DNA of 64,000 nt, taken from an uncultured archaeon. Lineage in GTDB: Archaea; Asgardarchaeota; Heimdallarchaeia; Heimdallarchaeales; Kariarchaeaceae. Position numbers and translations under genes: made by a program. The notes beneath the pieces are model-generated. The model was not told the origin of the DNA, made no database searches, and saw nothing but the letters and a program-made list of their open reading frames with translations. The stretch spans positions 3,013-67,012 of the forward strand of contig CAZYCQ010000008.1 of NCBI GenBank assembly GCA_964645535.1, read 5' to 3'. Shown here one piece after another: positions 1-9,368 of this stretch. How positions within the stretch are numbered: the stretch's first letter is position 1; the number at the start of each line of letters is the position of its first letter.

Positions 1-228
1 GAAGTGAAGTTTTTGAAAAAATCGTGGTTGTATAAAATATCTGAGGGACTCACAGATGGATTGTGAGGGGGTCTCTTCCACAATATTCTATTGAAATGGA
101 CGAACTCCGACAATTCAGTACGAAAAATATCCAACTTCTGGAAAACAGATCATTGGAATTGAATGAATGAAAACAGGTTCTTTTTTTCGTAGCAAAACAC
201 CATATCTCATTTCCTCAATAGAAAAATC

Positions 229-660
229 ATGGCAATTCTTGATTTGATTGTCGGAGGATTCATCGGTACAGTCGTCATGACCATGATGATTTTGTACGGA
301 TATATGATGAGCCTAATGCCGAAGGATTGGAATATGATTATTGACGGCATGGGCAAGAAAATGAATGACATGATGGGTGTGCCAGCGTCCATGGCATGGG
401 GTGTACATTTCCTGATTGGAACCATAATACATCCATTGGTCTATGATAGCGTTTGGGTTGGTGCCTTGGGTCTGAATTTGGGACCATATATCAACGAAAT
501 CATTTACGCAATCATCTTTGCAATAATAATGATCATGATGTTGGGATTTCTTGAGGCACCCCGTGAATGGCGGGGAAAAATGGCCATCGGAATAATTATG
601 GCGCATATTGTCTATGCAATAGTACTAGCCTTATTCGCCTCTTTAGCACTTTTCAGCTGA
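229..660 (+). CDS. small integral membrane protein, function unknown
   Basis: 143-aa ORF with about 4 hydrophobic helices (LIVGGFIGTVVMTMMILYGY, VHFLIGTIIHPLVY, IIYAIIFAIIMIMMLGF, IVYAIVLALFASLALF). No catalytic motif recognised. Confidence 0.5.
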   Translation: MAILDLIVGGFIGTVVMTMMILYGYMMSLMPKDWNMIIDGMGKKMNDMMGVPASMAWGVHFLIGTIIHPLVYDSVWVGALGLNLGPYINEIIYAIIFAIIMIMMLGFLEAPREWRGKMAIGIIMAHIVYAIVLALFASLALFS

Positions 661-687
661 TCAGAATTCGATATACGGACAGACTGC

Positions 688-698
688 TTTAAATAAAA
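688..698 (+). promoter_or_regulatory. TATA-like box (TTTAAATAAAA) about 19-29 nt upstream of the GTG/ATG start of the reductase gene; no SD in between
   Basis: A/T-rich TATA-like element at the spacing expected for an archaeal promoter driving a leaderless or short-leader mRNA. The same arrangement is seen upstream of several other first genes in the window. Confidence 0.35.
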
Positions 699-716
699 AC
701 TTAATTTCTTTATTTT

Positions 717-2093
717 GTGATGGATGGCAATTTCGATTTGGAAACAGAAGTCCTTGTCTGCGGAGGGGGTCCGGGAGGAGTTGCGTGTGCGTTCACACTT
801 GGAAAGAAAGGGGTTCAGACCATTCTTGTTGACAAGAAAGCCAAAAACCGAATTGGAGATAAGGTGTGTGGAGATGCCTTGAATCCAATTTTAAGCCAGA
901 GGTTCTTTGAACTCATCGGTCTTCCGAAACCAGACCCCGACAACAAGGAATTGATGGAAAAGGCAGACATCATTGTTCTCCAAGGGCAACATCCCAAAGC
1001 GAAAATTCTTTTGGGAGATGGATCCGCGACAGTTGATCGGTTGCGGTATGGACAGCATCTGTTAAAAGAAGCCGAAGCTTTTGATACCGTGCAGGTAATA
1101 CCTGAAGCAAGGGTGAAGGACGTCATTGTTGAAGAAGGGGTTGTTACGGGAGTGACGTGCCTCACACCAGAAGGAATCATCAGAATTGGGGCAAAGGTAG
1201 TCGTAGATGCCACAGGCTCATCTGCTGTAGTACGAAGGAGACTTCCTGAAGAGATGTGCACCAAATTTCCTCGGACAATACCTAGAGAGCAGATGCTTGT
1301 TGCCTATAGAGAGATCATCCGCACAAAAGAACCACATCAATTCCAGAAAGGCCTATATCTGACCTATGAACCGGAATTGAAGGATGTCATGCCAGGATAT
1401 TATTGGTTTTTCAGCAGAGGTGAACGTGAATTGAACATAGGTTTGGGCTATCTGATGGAAGATCGAAATCGGGGGAAGAATATCAAGAAGATGAATGAAT
1501 CAGTCAGAAACCGCTATTTCCCCGATGCAGAAGTCTTGGCAAGTCAAGGAGACCAAATTCCAGCACGCCTACCCCTTCCAAGCTTGGTTCACAATGGGTT
1601 TGTTGCAGTAGGGGATGCAGGTGCATTGGCAAATCCATTAAATGGAGAAGGTCATGGTCCAGCCTTGAACAGCGGGATTCATGCAGGTCTTTTCATTGAA
1701 AAAGCTTTGAAAAACCAAGATTGCAGTGAGGAAGGATTGTGGCCTTATAATGTATGGGTATGGAACCATTATGGCGTGGAATTTGCAATGGGGATTGCTT
1801 TGATCAAATTCATGGAGAAGTACGGCTATGATTCCTTTGAATGGCTCGTTGTCGAGGGAATTATCCGAGAAGATGACATCCTTAGGCAGCTAAGAAATCC
1901 AGAGGCAAGACATCAAGGGATGTTGGCAAGAGTGTTCAAACTGCTGAAGAGACCTCGATTGCTTTTTGGGGTTCGCAAAATGCTCAATCATGCAGAAGAG
2001 ATTAAACAACACGCAAAAGCCTATCCAAAAACACCGCATAGGTTTGAAGAATGGAAAGAAAAACTGGAGAGAATTGAGCAGAAACGATTTTAG
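717..2093 (+). CDS. geranylgeranyl reductase family FAD-dependent oxidoreductase
   Basis: N-terminal Rossmann FAD motif VLVCGGGPGGVACAFTLGKKGVQTILVDKK. Later VVDATGSSAVVRR and AVGDAGALANPLNGEGHGPA, as in GGR/ChlP-type reductases. Extra C-terminal basic/helical extension. Start is GTG 717 or ATG 720. Confidence 0.85.
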   Translation: MMDGNFDLETEVLVCGGGPGGVACAFTLGKKGVQTILVDKKAKNRIGDKVCGDALNPILSQRFFELIGLPKPDPDNKELMEKADIIVLQGQHPKAKILLGDGSATVDRLRYGQHLLKEAEAFDTVQVIPEARVKDVIVEEGVVTGVTCLTPEGIIRIGAKVVVDATGSSAVVRRRLPEEMCTKFPRTIPREQMLVAYREIIRTKEPHQFQKGLYLTYEPELKDVMPGYYWFFSRGERELNIGLGYLMEDRNRGKNIKKMNESVRNRYFPDAEVLASQGDQIPARLPLPSLVHNGFVAVGDAGALANPLNGEGHGPALNSGIHAGLFIEKALKNQDCSEEGLWPYNVWVWNHYGVEFAMGIALIKFMEKYGYDSFEWLVVEGIIREDDILRQLRNPEARHQGMLARVFKLLKRPRLLFGVRKMLNHAEEIKQHAKAYPKTPHRFEEWKEKLERIEQKRF

Positions 2094-2130
2094 GTGAGGT
2101 TTTTGCAATTCGGAGTGAAATGATCAAGGA

Positions 2131-3582
2131 TTGAATAGGAAGAAATTAAATTTGACAGGTAAAACCAAATTGATGAAAAAAGCCCTAGTCATGATGCCAT
2201 ATTCGTTGCAGACTAGGGAAGACTGGATAAACCTAAAGAGTTTGATTTCTTCGCGGTGGTTCCAACAGTGTGTTAACACCATTTCAGTCATCTTTCCCTC
2301 AGATTACCTTTTCAACAAAACAATGGAACTGATCAACGAAGGGGAACCAAGCAAAAAACTCAATGAAGAACTAAGGAAGATTCTCAATGAATGGCAGGTG
2401 AAGATTCATCCTGAAAGATTTGCGACCTTGATTTCAGAACCGATCTCACAGGTTGAACATTTGATTCTTGGAAGCAGGTTATTGGCAAACTTGACAGAAA
2501 CGGTTATTTCGAAAATCAAGAAAAAGATCCAGATAATTACCGGAAACGCAATGATGATTTTGTTGGAAGAAAAATCACCAAGAAATGCAACATTTGTGGA
2601 AGTGAAAGACCTAAAGTCAGTAGTTTCCAAAAATGGAGATTGGATAGTATTGGATTTTCCCTATAATGGAAACACCATACAGACATGGAAAAAGGTTCTA
2701 TCGGATTCATCTGTAAAAGTTCCGAGGGAATGGATACTTCCAGTCTCATTGCAGGCAGAATTCCAATTTCCGAACAGCGATGGAGCTTTGCTCACCTATG
2801 AAGAAATGCTTGATTTCACACAACTTTTAGGGATAGAAGCCAATGCATTCGTACAGGCATCCAAATCAACTGGAACACCCATTTGCCTGAAAGACTCGGC
2901 AAAAAATATAGATTTTAAGGCAAACCAGTTCGGAGACCTTTCGGGAGTAAAGGCAGTGTTTAGAGCAACTGTTTTGACAGATCATCAGTTTTCCGAACAA
3001 GATGCATCTTGCAAAGGAATATTCATAGATATCGCAAAATGGAATGTAAAGTTCGCATTGGATTTTGCTCCTTCATCGGTAGGCGAAGAAGTATTCATTG
3101 AAATCGGCAAACGACCAAGTGTCTGTGGATTATTGGATCTTGGAACGTTCAGATTACTAAAGGAACAACCAATATTGAGAAAAATGGAAAGAGGAAAAAA
3201 TGCAAAGCTAGATCAGCTTTTAAGGGAACAAAAAGAAGGGATACTCCATTTTTCAACAGATAAAGGCCATTATAGTCTTCGCGTCCCATTTGTCCTGTAT
3301 TATGGAAAACTGCTATTGATCCCTCCAATCATCCATTATAATATTTTCAAAAAGGTTATTGGCAAACGTGTACTGCTGACCATTTTTGATGAGAATAAAC
3401 CGTCAACACTTGAAGGAGAATTGAAAGTTGTCCCCTCAAATATGGACAATGACTGGAAAGAATTACTGGAGACAGATGAGGAAGAGATTCGAACTTTTGC
3501 CGCTCAGGAAGGGTTGGAAAGTAGACTCTCGTACTACTGGAAAAGAGCTATTCTGGAAATGGTGGAGGTCAAGGTTCGATGA
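2131..3582 (+). CDS. hypothetical soluble protein (470-483 aa), translationally coupled to the downstream prenyltransferase gene
   Basis: Long uninterrupted ORF. Its stop overlaps the next start in ATGA (3579-3582). Start is ambiguous (TTG 2131 or ATG 2173, MKKALVMMPY). No motif recognised. Confidence 0.6.
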   Translation: MNRKKLNLTGKTKLMKKALVMMPYSLQTREDWINLKSLISSRWFQQCVNTISVIFPSDYLFNKTMELINEGEPSKKLNEELRKILNEWQVKIHPERFATLISEPISQVEHLILGSRLLANLTETVISKIKKKIQIITGNAMMILLEEKSPRNATFVEVKDLKSVVSKNGDWIVLDFPYNGNTIQTWKKVLSDSSVKVPREWILPVSLQAEFQFPNSDGALLTYEEMLDFTQLLGIEANAFVQASKSTGTPICLKDSAKNIDFKANQFGDLSGVKAVFRATVLTDHQFSEQDASCKGIFIDIAKWNVKFALDFAPSSVGEEVFIEIGKRPSVCGLLDLGTFRLLKEQPILRKMERGKNAKLDQLLREQKEGILHFSTDKGHYSLRVPFVLYYGKLLLIPPIIHYNIFKKVIGKRVLLTIFDENKPSTLEGELKVVPSNMDNDWKELLETDEEEIRTFAAQEGLESRLSYYWKRAILEMVEVKVR

Positions 3583-5150
3583 TCAGTTCCTATTACATCA
3601 TTGCATTTTCGAATGAGAACGAAAGTTTTCCAGTCGAAGGTGAAGTGAAAGAGGAGAAAAGCCGAATCATTTGTCTGAAGAAAGAAATCCCCCTCAAAGT
3701 GGGAACGAAAATGAAGATTCATCTTTACCGGAAAGAGACAAATTTCCTTTATGAGATTGATTTTTCTTTTTTGGGGGAATGTGATGCGCAACTGATTGCA
3801 CCACAAATGTTGGAATTGACTAGAATCCCCAATAAAGAAGAAAGGCCAATGGTGCATGTATTGGAAAATGCTGAATCAGCAAAAGAATTCATTGAACGTT
3901 TCAATACGAATATAGCAAGAGACATTATAGATGATCTAGACACCGCCCATCTGATAATCCAAGGTGGAAACGTTCCAATTCTTGAAAGCACGAAGGTACA
4001 GAAGCAAGAAAACACATTAATTCTTTCCCCTAACAATCCAAAAAGAATCACAAACCACTTGGCTTACAATAGACACATGAAAATTTTTGTCCCTGAGATG
4101 AAGGGGATCAAGAATATCGAAATCTCAGGGATTGCTAGAAAATTTGATGCGGAAAAAATACAGGTTATCCCAACCAAATTAAGTTATGGAAGTCATACGG
4201 AGATGGAAACCTTCCATTTTTCACAGAAGGTTTCACAGGTTCTCAAAGAGGAAATGAAGCAGGGATTATCATTATTCAAATTTTGGTGGAGAATAACACG
4301 AGCGCATATTGCTCTTTTTGGCATGTTCTCGGTACTATTGGCGGCTTCCTTGATGACATCCAAAGGATATTCTGTTGACTGGAAAATCGTCAGTTTTATA
4401 GCAATCATGGTGACAGCCTTCCTGATTTCCTCGAACCTGCTGAATGACTATTTCGATTCAATTGAGGACGAATACAATCCATTTGCCAGTCCACTTCATG
4501 GTGGATCAGGAGCCATCCAATACGAATTGATCAGCCGAGAGCAAACTCTTCTTTTAAGTTTCATCACAGGGATTACAGGAACTGGTTTTGCTTTTTGGAT
4601 TCTTGTGGAACGATGGAATGTCAATGTTTTCTTTTTGGGGATATTGGCAGTGGGAATTGCAATTCTTTTCAGTACACCTCCTTTCAAATTGGGTTCTAGA
4701 GGATTGGGAGAAATTCTAAGCAGTATTGAAATAGGATTGCTCCCCTTTGTGGGGACATACATGTATTTGTCAACCAAGGAATTCACGATAGAGTTTTTAC
4801 TAGTGGGAAGCTATTTGGTGGTACTGCTATTTTCCTGGTTTCTTCTGACAAATCTTTTGGACTTCATTCCGGATATCCGAGCTGAAAAACAAACACTTCC
4901 TACGTTGATTGGTCAATCCCGTGCAATAGGTCTTTTCAAGATTCTGTTCATTGGTTCATTCCTAATTTGGTCAGGCATTCTCATCATCCAACAAAACGGG
5001 ATCTATCTGATCCCCATAGGGTTAGTTTTTTTTCTCATAGGATGGAAGAAGATCTCGGTTCCTTTTCAAATAAACGATCAAGCGATCAAGCAGATTTTGA
5101 TATCCAATCTGCTACAATTAACCCTTTTGACCACTGCCTTGTTTTTCTGA
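3579..5150 (+). CDS. MenA/UbiA-family membrane prenyltransferase fused to an unknown ~235-aa N-terminal soluble domain
   Basis: The C-terminal ~290 aa has 8-9 TM helices and both Asp-rich UbiA motifs (NLLNDYFDSIEDE; NLLDFIPDIRAEKQTLPTLIG). It also has the MenA-like PFKLGSRGLGE. Residues 1-235 are hydrophilic with no recognisable motif. Confidence 0.8.
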   Translation: MISSYYIIAFSNENESFPVEGEVKEEKSRIICLKKEIPLKVGTKMKIHLYRKETNFLYEIDFSFLGECDAQLIAPQMLELTRIPNKEERPMVHVLENAESAKEFIERFNTNIARDIIDDLDTAHLIIQGGNVPILESTKVQKQENTLILSPNNPKRITNHLAYNRHMKIFVPEMKGIKNIEISGIARKFDAEKIQVIPTKLSYGSHTEMETFHFSQKVSQVLKEEMKQGLSLFKFWWRITRAHIALFGMFSVLLAASLMTSKGYSVDWKIVSFIAIMVTAFLISSNLLNDYFDSIEDEYNPFASPLHGGSGAIQYELISREQTLLLSFITGITGTGFAFWILVERWNVNVFFLGILAVGIAILFSTPPFKLGSRGLGEILSSIEIGLLPFVGTYMYLSTKEFTIEFLLVGSYLVVLLFSWFLLTNLLDFIPDIRAEKQTLPTLIGQSRAIGLFKILFIGSFLIWSGILIIQQNGIYLIPIGLVFFLIGWKKISVPFQINDQAIKQILISNLLQLTLLTTALFF

Positions 5151-5438
5151 ATTGCCATCAACCATGCCCATATCAGACAAAGCCGCCTCATAGGCCTGTT
5201 CATAGGTAAAACGAACAGGTTCCTTTGTTGTAACCATCGTATATCCAACCCATGCCATAATTAATGAAAAAAGCAAGGTGACAAAGAGGCTGGGGAGCAC
5301 CAAACCCCAATATTGAATATCTGAAAAACCTGTGGAATTCCCTTTGACAATAGGCACGTAAATGAGCGCAATCAGTTCAAAAACGGTAACCCCGAGACCT
5401 ATCAGCAGGAGAATGACACCCTTTAAAGTTCTCATCAA
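5118..5438 (-). CDS. small membrane protein (about 3 TM) with hydrophilic C-terminal tail
   Basis: 106-aa ORF with hydrophobic helices GVILLLIGLGVTVFELIALIYV and WGLVLPSLFVTLLFSLIMAWVGY. Its 3' end overlaps the prenyltransferase 3' end by 33 nt. Confidence 0.45.
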   Translation of the reverse strand: MMRTLKGVILLLIGLGVTVFELIALIYVPIVKGNSTGFSDIQYWGLVLPSLFVTLLFSLIMAWVGYTMVTTKEPVRFTYEQAYEAALSDMGMVDGNSEKQGSGQKG

Positions 5439-5540
5439 ATCATGTCTATAGAATCCCTATTTTAACATTCTCCCAAAAATTTCAACTTTACCCATATTGA
5501 CGAAAAGGCATCATCTTAAATGAAGCACTAAAGGACAATC

Positions 5541-6176
5541 ATGGATTTAGACCCTTTTGTATATAGAATGATAGAAACCTATCCCAAAGTCCATACAGAG
5601 ATCTATTGGAGTAATGTCGAACCATTTCTGAAAGAACTAGAGGATCCGGTTTTTCTAGAAATAGGATGTGGTCCCGGATTATTACTTAGGGATCTCTATG
5701 AAAGATACAACCCAAAAAAGCTGATTGGAATTGATCTTTCGGAAGATATGCTGACAAAAGCAAAAGAAATTCTGCACAAACCGTTTAAAGAAGGTAGGGT
5801 AGAATTGATTTTGCAACATATGCAGCAGAATCCTACCTTACCAAACAAAATCGACGCTATTTTTTCCTCAAGGGTATTACGATCGTTTGAGGATCCATAT
5901 ACCATTTTCCAATCAATCCATAAGTCCCTCGTGAAAGGAGGATATCTCATAGTTCTCGATTGGGACAGACAATCGATCTGGAATTACGCAAGTTGGATGA
6001 AAAGGCAGAAAGATTTTGGAGATCGCCATCCTCAGGAAATTATCAGATATCATAGGAATTTTTCCCGATATTCATTGGAAGATTGGTCTTACATTGTGGC
6101 AAATACGGGATTCGCCATGAGCAGGATCTTTCGGGTGAATGAGGTACATATAGGATTTATTGCCACCAAGGTCTAA
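5541..6176 (+). CDS. class I SAM-dependent methyltransferase
   Basis: Motif I VFLEIGCGPGLLLRDL, motif II LIGIDLSEDML, then IDAIFSSRVL and GGYLIVLDW. Confidence 0.8.
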   Translation: MDLDPFVYRMIETYPKVHTEIYWSNVEPFLKELEDPVFLEIGCGPGLLLRDLYERYNPKKLIGIDLSEDMLTKAKEILHKPFKEGRVELILQHMQQNPTLPNKIDAIFSSRVLRSFEDPYTIFQSIHKSLVKGGYLIVLDWDRQSIWNYASWMKRQKDFGDRHPQEIIRYHRNFSRYSLEDWSYIVANTGFAMSRIFRVNEVHIGFIATKV

Positions 6177-6814
6177 TCTTCTTTTTCGTAGATGCTGGTG
6201 ACCCAAAACATCGAACGATGTCTTTCTTTGAGGTAATATCCCTTTTTCTTGAAGATTTCGTCAATTTGTTCCTGGGAATGGACATATGGTCTGAAAGACC
6301 CTTTCTTTTCAGCAATCCACCCGATTGGTGCCAAAAGTAGTCGAAGGAATTTCCAATCACGAGGGATGGTATTTGCAACAACTTTAGGATTAAGTTCGGT
6401 GCATTTTTCTGCAATCTTGGTTGCTTCCGGATGGCAACACATAACACGATGAACAGAGACGGCATCAATTTTCTCATCGGACTGAAATTCCAAGAAATTC
6501 CCAATTCGGAACTGGAACTGCGATGGACTGAACCCTTGTTCTTTCAGCCGTTTTTCTGCATATTTGGTCATTTGAGGGGAAAGATCGATGCCCAAGACTT
6601 TTTGAACACCTGCCTTAAGCAATTCAATCGCTATTGAACCGGGTCCTGAACCAACATCAACAGCCGTTGAGGCACCTCTCTTCGAAATGGCCTTCACATG
6701 AAACCGTGCACTTGGAGGGATCCCTTTTTTTTCATGCCTTTGAGCCATGGATTGGCTCTCTCTATCAAAAAAAGAAGAGATGGCGTCCTCAGGTTTATTT
6801 CGGGTACTCATCAA
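6173..6814 (-). CDS. class I SAM-dependent methyltransferase
   Basis: Motif I AVDVGSGPGSIAIELLKAG, VLGIDLSPQM, IDAVSVHRVMCC. Convergent with the previous methyltransferase, with a 4-nt overlap. Confidence 0.8.
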   Translation of the reverse strand: MMSTRNKPEDAISSFFDRESQSMAQRHEKKGIPPSARFHVKAISKRGASTAVDVGSGPGSIAIELLKAGVQKVLGIDLSPQMTKYAEKRLKEQGFSPSQFQFRIGNFLEFQSDEKIDAVSVHRVMCCHPEATKIAEKCTELNPKVVANTIPRDWKFLRLLLAPIGWIAEKKGSFRPYVHSQEQIDEIFKKKGYYLKERHRSMFWVTSIYEKED

Positions 6815-6883
6815 ACAAAAATTGCGAAAACCTATAAAAGGGGATTGAAATGACCATAACGATGACTAAAATCCGAATTTATC

Positions 6884-8065
6884 TTATTTCAGGAATTTCA
6901 GCTCTTTTTTTTGCAAAATACAATCAGGAACCGATTTCAATCTGTTAAATCGAACATCTATAATTTTCAAGTGTTCAATTCCACAAATTGAAGAAGGAAT
7001 TTCACGGAGATAATTATAAGCCAGATAGATTTCCTCCAAGGAGGAAACGTTTGAAAGTTTTTCGGGGATTTCCTGAAGCCCACACCCATAAAGATCCAAA
7101 ATTTTCAGATGGGGGAGATTCCAAACCTCATCAGAAATCTGAATACCTTCGTTTCCTTTCAACAGCAATTTTTCTAAGTTCTTGAAATTGCCAAACTCAG
7201 CAGGAATAGCGGAAATATTGCAGTTGTTGAGATTCAGGAAACGAAGATTCTCCAACTTGAAAAATGAGCTTGGGAATGTATTGAGAGGATTATATGAGAG
7301 ATCCACCCAATAGACGTTTGAGAGTTTATCAAAGATATCAGGCAGCTCGTATAGTAAATTGTCAGAAAACTGAAGTATTTTCAAGTTTTTGAGGGTTCCG
7401 ATCTCAGGGCTCAGACGTCTCACATGATTTGCACGAATATCCAATAACTCAAGATTTTGTGACTTTGCTATATCTTTAGGAATCTCAAATATTCCCAATT
7501 TCATTATTCGAAGGGTCTTGATGGTGGGATGCGCAAAGAGTCTTCGGGGGAGATACTGTACATGTTTCAATCCATAATCAGACAATTTCCCCCCAACAAT
7601 CGAAATCTCCTCAAGTCCTTTCAGATGTTCAATACCTGAAAAAAGATCTTGAATGTCACTATAATCAGAGGGCCATGGTCTAGGAATGATGACTAGGCGT
7701 TTAAGACCATCCATTTCCTGGAAAGAATTCGGAATATTCTCCACAAGTCCCTGAACAATAAGGGTATCAAGATTTTTCAATTCAAGAAGACTCTCAGGGA
7801 GAAATTTGATTCCGCCATTGATCTTCAAAGTTGAAGAGGACAATGCTTTTTGTTCAACAATTTCGAAGAGGTCGGAAGCCTTATTTGGTCGGAAAAGCCG
7901 TATTTTTCCGCTTATCCCATCCTCCAATCGGATTTGACTCCACGCCAATTCCAATGCCTCTTTTGAATTCACGGTTCTCAATATACTAAATACCATCCCG
8001 CATATAATCCTTACGTCCTTTGAGGATGTTTTTTGACATGTGGCAACCAAAAACATACTATACAA
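6884..8065 (-). CDS. leucine-rich repeat (LRR) protein
   Basis: The C-terminal ~280 aa consists of about 12 tandem 22-24-aa LxxLxLxxNxL repeats, e.g. NLKILQFSDNLLYELPDIFDKLSNVYWVDLSYNPLNTFPSSFFKLENLRFLNLNNCNISAIP. The N-terminal ~110 aa are unassigned. Confidence 0.8.
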   Translation of the reverse strand: MYSMFLVATCQKTSSKDVRIICGMVFSILRTVNSKEALELAWSQIRLEDGISGKIRLFRPNKASDLFEIVEQKALSSSTLKINGGIKFLPESLLELKNLDTLIVQGLVENIPNSFQEMDGLKRLVIIPRPWPSDYSDIQDLFSGIEHLKGLEEISIVGGKLSDYGLKHVQYLPRRLFAHPTIKTLRIMKLGIFEIPKDIAKSQNLELLDIRANHVRRLSPEIGTLKNLKILQFSDNLLYELPDIFDKLSNVYWVDLSYNPLNTFPSSFFKLENLRFLNLNNCNISAIPAEFGNFKNLEKLLLKGNEGIQISDEVWNLPHLKILDLYGCGLQEIPEKLSNVSSLEEIYLAYNYLREIPSSICGIEHLKIIDVRFNRLKSVPDCILQKKELKFLK

Positions 8066-8202
8066 AATTCCTTATTCAAAATATAATTTTTGGACATTTG
8101 CACAATATTTTTTAAATTGGTTGTTAAATAAAGTGCTACAGGAACGCACATTTATATTCGCAGAAGACTATTATTTGTATAGGGGCAAAAGAAGCCCCGA
8201 AG

Positions 8203-8445
8203 GTGATTGACTTGGTTGAAGCAAATGAAGTGATTGATACCAGCGGACTGAATTGCCCGCTACCGGTTCTAAAAGCAAAAAAGGCCATCAAATCCATTGA
8301 CGTAGGCTCTGTTCTGAAAATTATCGCGACGGATCCAGGATCAAAGAAGGACATCCCGGCATGGGCAAGGGTAACTGGCCAAGAGCTTTTGGAAGAGACC
8401 GAAGAAGGAGGAAAATTCGTCTTCTATGTGAAGAGAACAAAATGA
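8203..8445 (+). CDS. TusA/SirA-family sulfurtransferase
   Basis: 80 aa with the TusA active-site motif GLNCPLPVLKAKKAI (CPxP). GTG start. Confidence 0.85.
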   Translation: MIDLVEANEVIDTSGLNCPLPVLKAKKAIKSIDVGSVLKIIATDPGSKKDIPAWARVTGQELLEETEEGGKFVFYVKRTK

Positions 8446-8450
8446 GGTGA
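8444..8450 (+). promoter_or_regulatory. Shine-Dalgarno GAGGTGA overlapping the upstream stop codon
   Basis: The junction reads aTGAGGTGAaaaacATG: TusA stop TGA at 8443-8445, SD at 8444-8450, ATG at 8456. Confidence 0.7.
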
Positions 8451-8455
8451 AAAAC

Positions 8456-8932
8456 ATGGAAGAAGAGAAACCCAAGAAAATGGCAATAATTGCCTCAAAA
8501 GGAACTTTGGATCAGGCATATCCCCCATTGATTCTGGCTTCCACAGCGGCTGCATTGGACATGGAAGTTGCAATCTTTTTCACCTTCTATGGACTTGACA
8601 TTATCAACAAGAAAAAGTACCATCGGTTAAAAGTTCCTCCCCTTGGCAACCCAGCCATGCCCATTCCAGTTCCCAACTTTATTGGAGGTCTTCCCGGAAT
8701 GACCGCAATGGCTACAAAGATGATGAGAAACTGGATGGGAAATGCAAACGTCCCTTCAGTCCCAGAGCTTGTTGAAATGTGTTTGGAAGCAGATGTCAGA
8801 ATGATTGCATGCCAAATGACAGTGGATGTCCTTGGATTGAATAAAGAGGACTTCATTGATGGCGTTGAATTTGGAGGTGCCGCAACATTCCTTGAGTTTG
8901 CCAAAGATGCGGACATTACATTATATGTATGA
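8456..8932 (+). CDS. DsrE/DsrF-like family sulfur-relay protein
   Basis: MAIIASKGTLDQAYPPLILASTAAALDMEVAIFFTFYGLDI, plus the C-terminal conserved Cys context RMIACQMTVDVLGLNKEDFIDGV..GGAATFLEFA typical of DsrE/DsrF/DrsH-like proteins. ATG 8456 is preferred over GTG 8447 because of SD spacing. Confidence 0.8.
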   Translation: MEEEKPKKMAIIASKGTLDQAYPPLILASTAAALDMEVAIFFTFYGLDIINKKKYHRLKVPPLGNPAMPIPVPNFIGGLPGMTAMATKMMRNWMGNANVPSVPELVEMCLEADVRMIACQMTVDVLGLNKEDFIDGVEFGGAATFLEFAKDADITLYV

Positions 8933-8937
8933 GGTGA
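8931..8937 (+). promoter_or_regulatory. Shine-Dalgarno GAGGTGA overlapping the upstream stop codon
   Basis: The junction reads aTGAGGTGAaaaaaATG: stop at 8930-8932, SD at 8931-8937, ATG at 8943. This is near-identical to the junction at 8443-8458. Confidence 0.7.
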
Positions 8938-8942
8938 AAAAA

Positions 8943-9356
8943 ATGTCAAAAATGGTAATGTTAGTTAAAAGTGGAAATTACACAGATTTCATGACGGCAA
9001 CAATGATTGCATCAGGAGCCATTGCAAATGACATGGAGGTTGAAATTTTCTTCATGAATGATGCAGTTTGGGCTCTCAAGAAGGAGAACTATATGCATAA
9101 TACGACAGTGCACAGCAATTTCCCCGAGTTCGCAAATACAATTGCGGATTCACTCAATGAGGGAAAGATCAAACCTTGGTGGGAATTGATGGCCGATTTA
9201 AAGGAATTTGGCGACATAAAGCTTACAGTCTGTGCACTTGTGGCCGAACTGGGCAATCTCCACAAGGAAGATTTCATGGATCTGATTGATGACCTTGCAG
9301 GAGTTGCCTACTTCACAGGCCAAGCAGAAGATGCCGATGTGGTATTGACAATTTAG
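8943..9356 (+). CDS. DsrE/DsrF-like family sulfur-relay protein (second paralog)
   Basis: MSKMVMLVKSGNYTDFMTATMIASGAIANDMEVEIFFMNDAVWAL and the Cys context KLTVCALVAELGNLHKEDFMDLI. The ORF-track start at 8856 lies inside the previous gene, so the SD-preceded ATG 8943 is chosen. Confidence 0.75.
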   Translation: MSKMVMLVKSGNYTDFMTATMIASGAIANDMEVEIFFMNDAVWALKKENYMHNTTVHSNFPEFANTIADSLNEGKIKPWWELMADLKEFGDIKLTVCALVAELGNLHKEDFMDLIDDLAGVAYFTGQAEDADVVLTI

Positions 9357-9361
9357 GAGGT
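9355..9361 (+). promoter_or_regulatory. Shine-Dalgarno AGGAGGT overlapping the upstream stop codon
   Basis: The junction reads atTTAGGAGGTtgataaaATG: stop TAG at 9354-9356, ATG at 9369. Confidence 0.7.
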
Positions 9362-9368
9362 TGATAAA

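Noticed and set aside
815-1264. 149-aa minus-strand ORF within the geranylgeranyl reductase gene
   Set aside because: It is antisense to a frame with a clear FAD-binding GxGxxG motif. This is a shadow ORF.
8856-8942. Upstream extension of the second DsrE-like ORF
   Set aside because: It lies entirely within the preceding DsrE-like gene in another frame. ATG 8943 has a perfect GAGGTGA SD five nt upstream.
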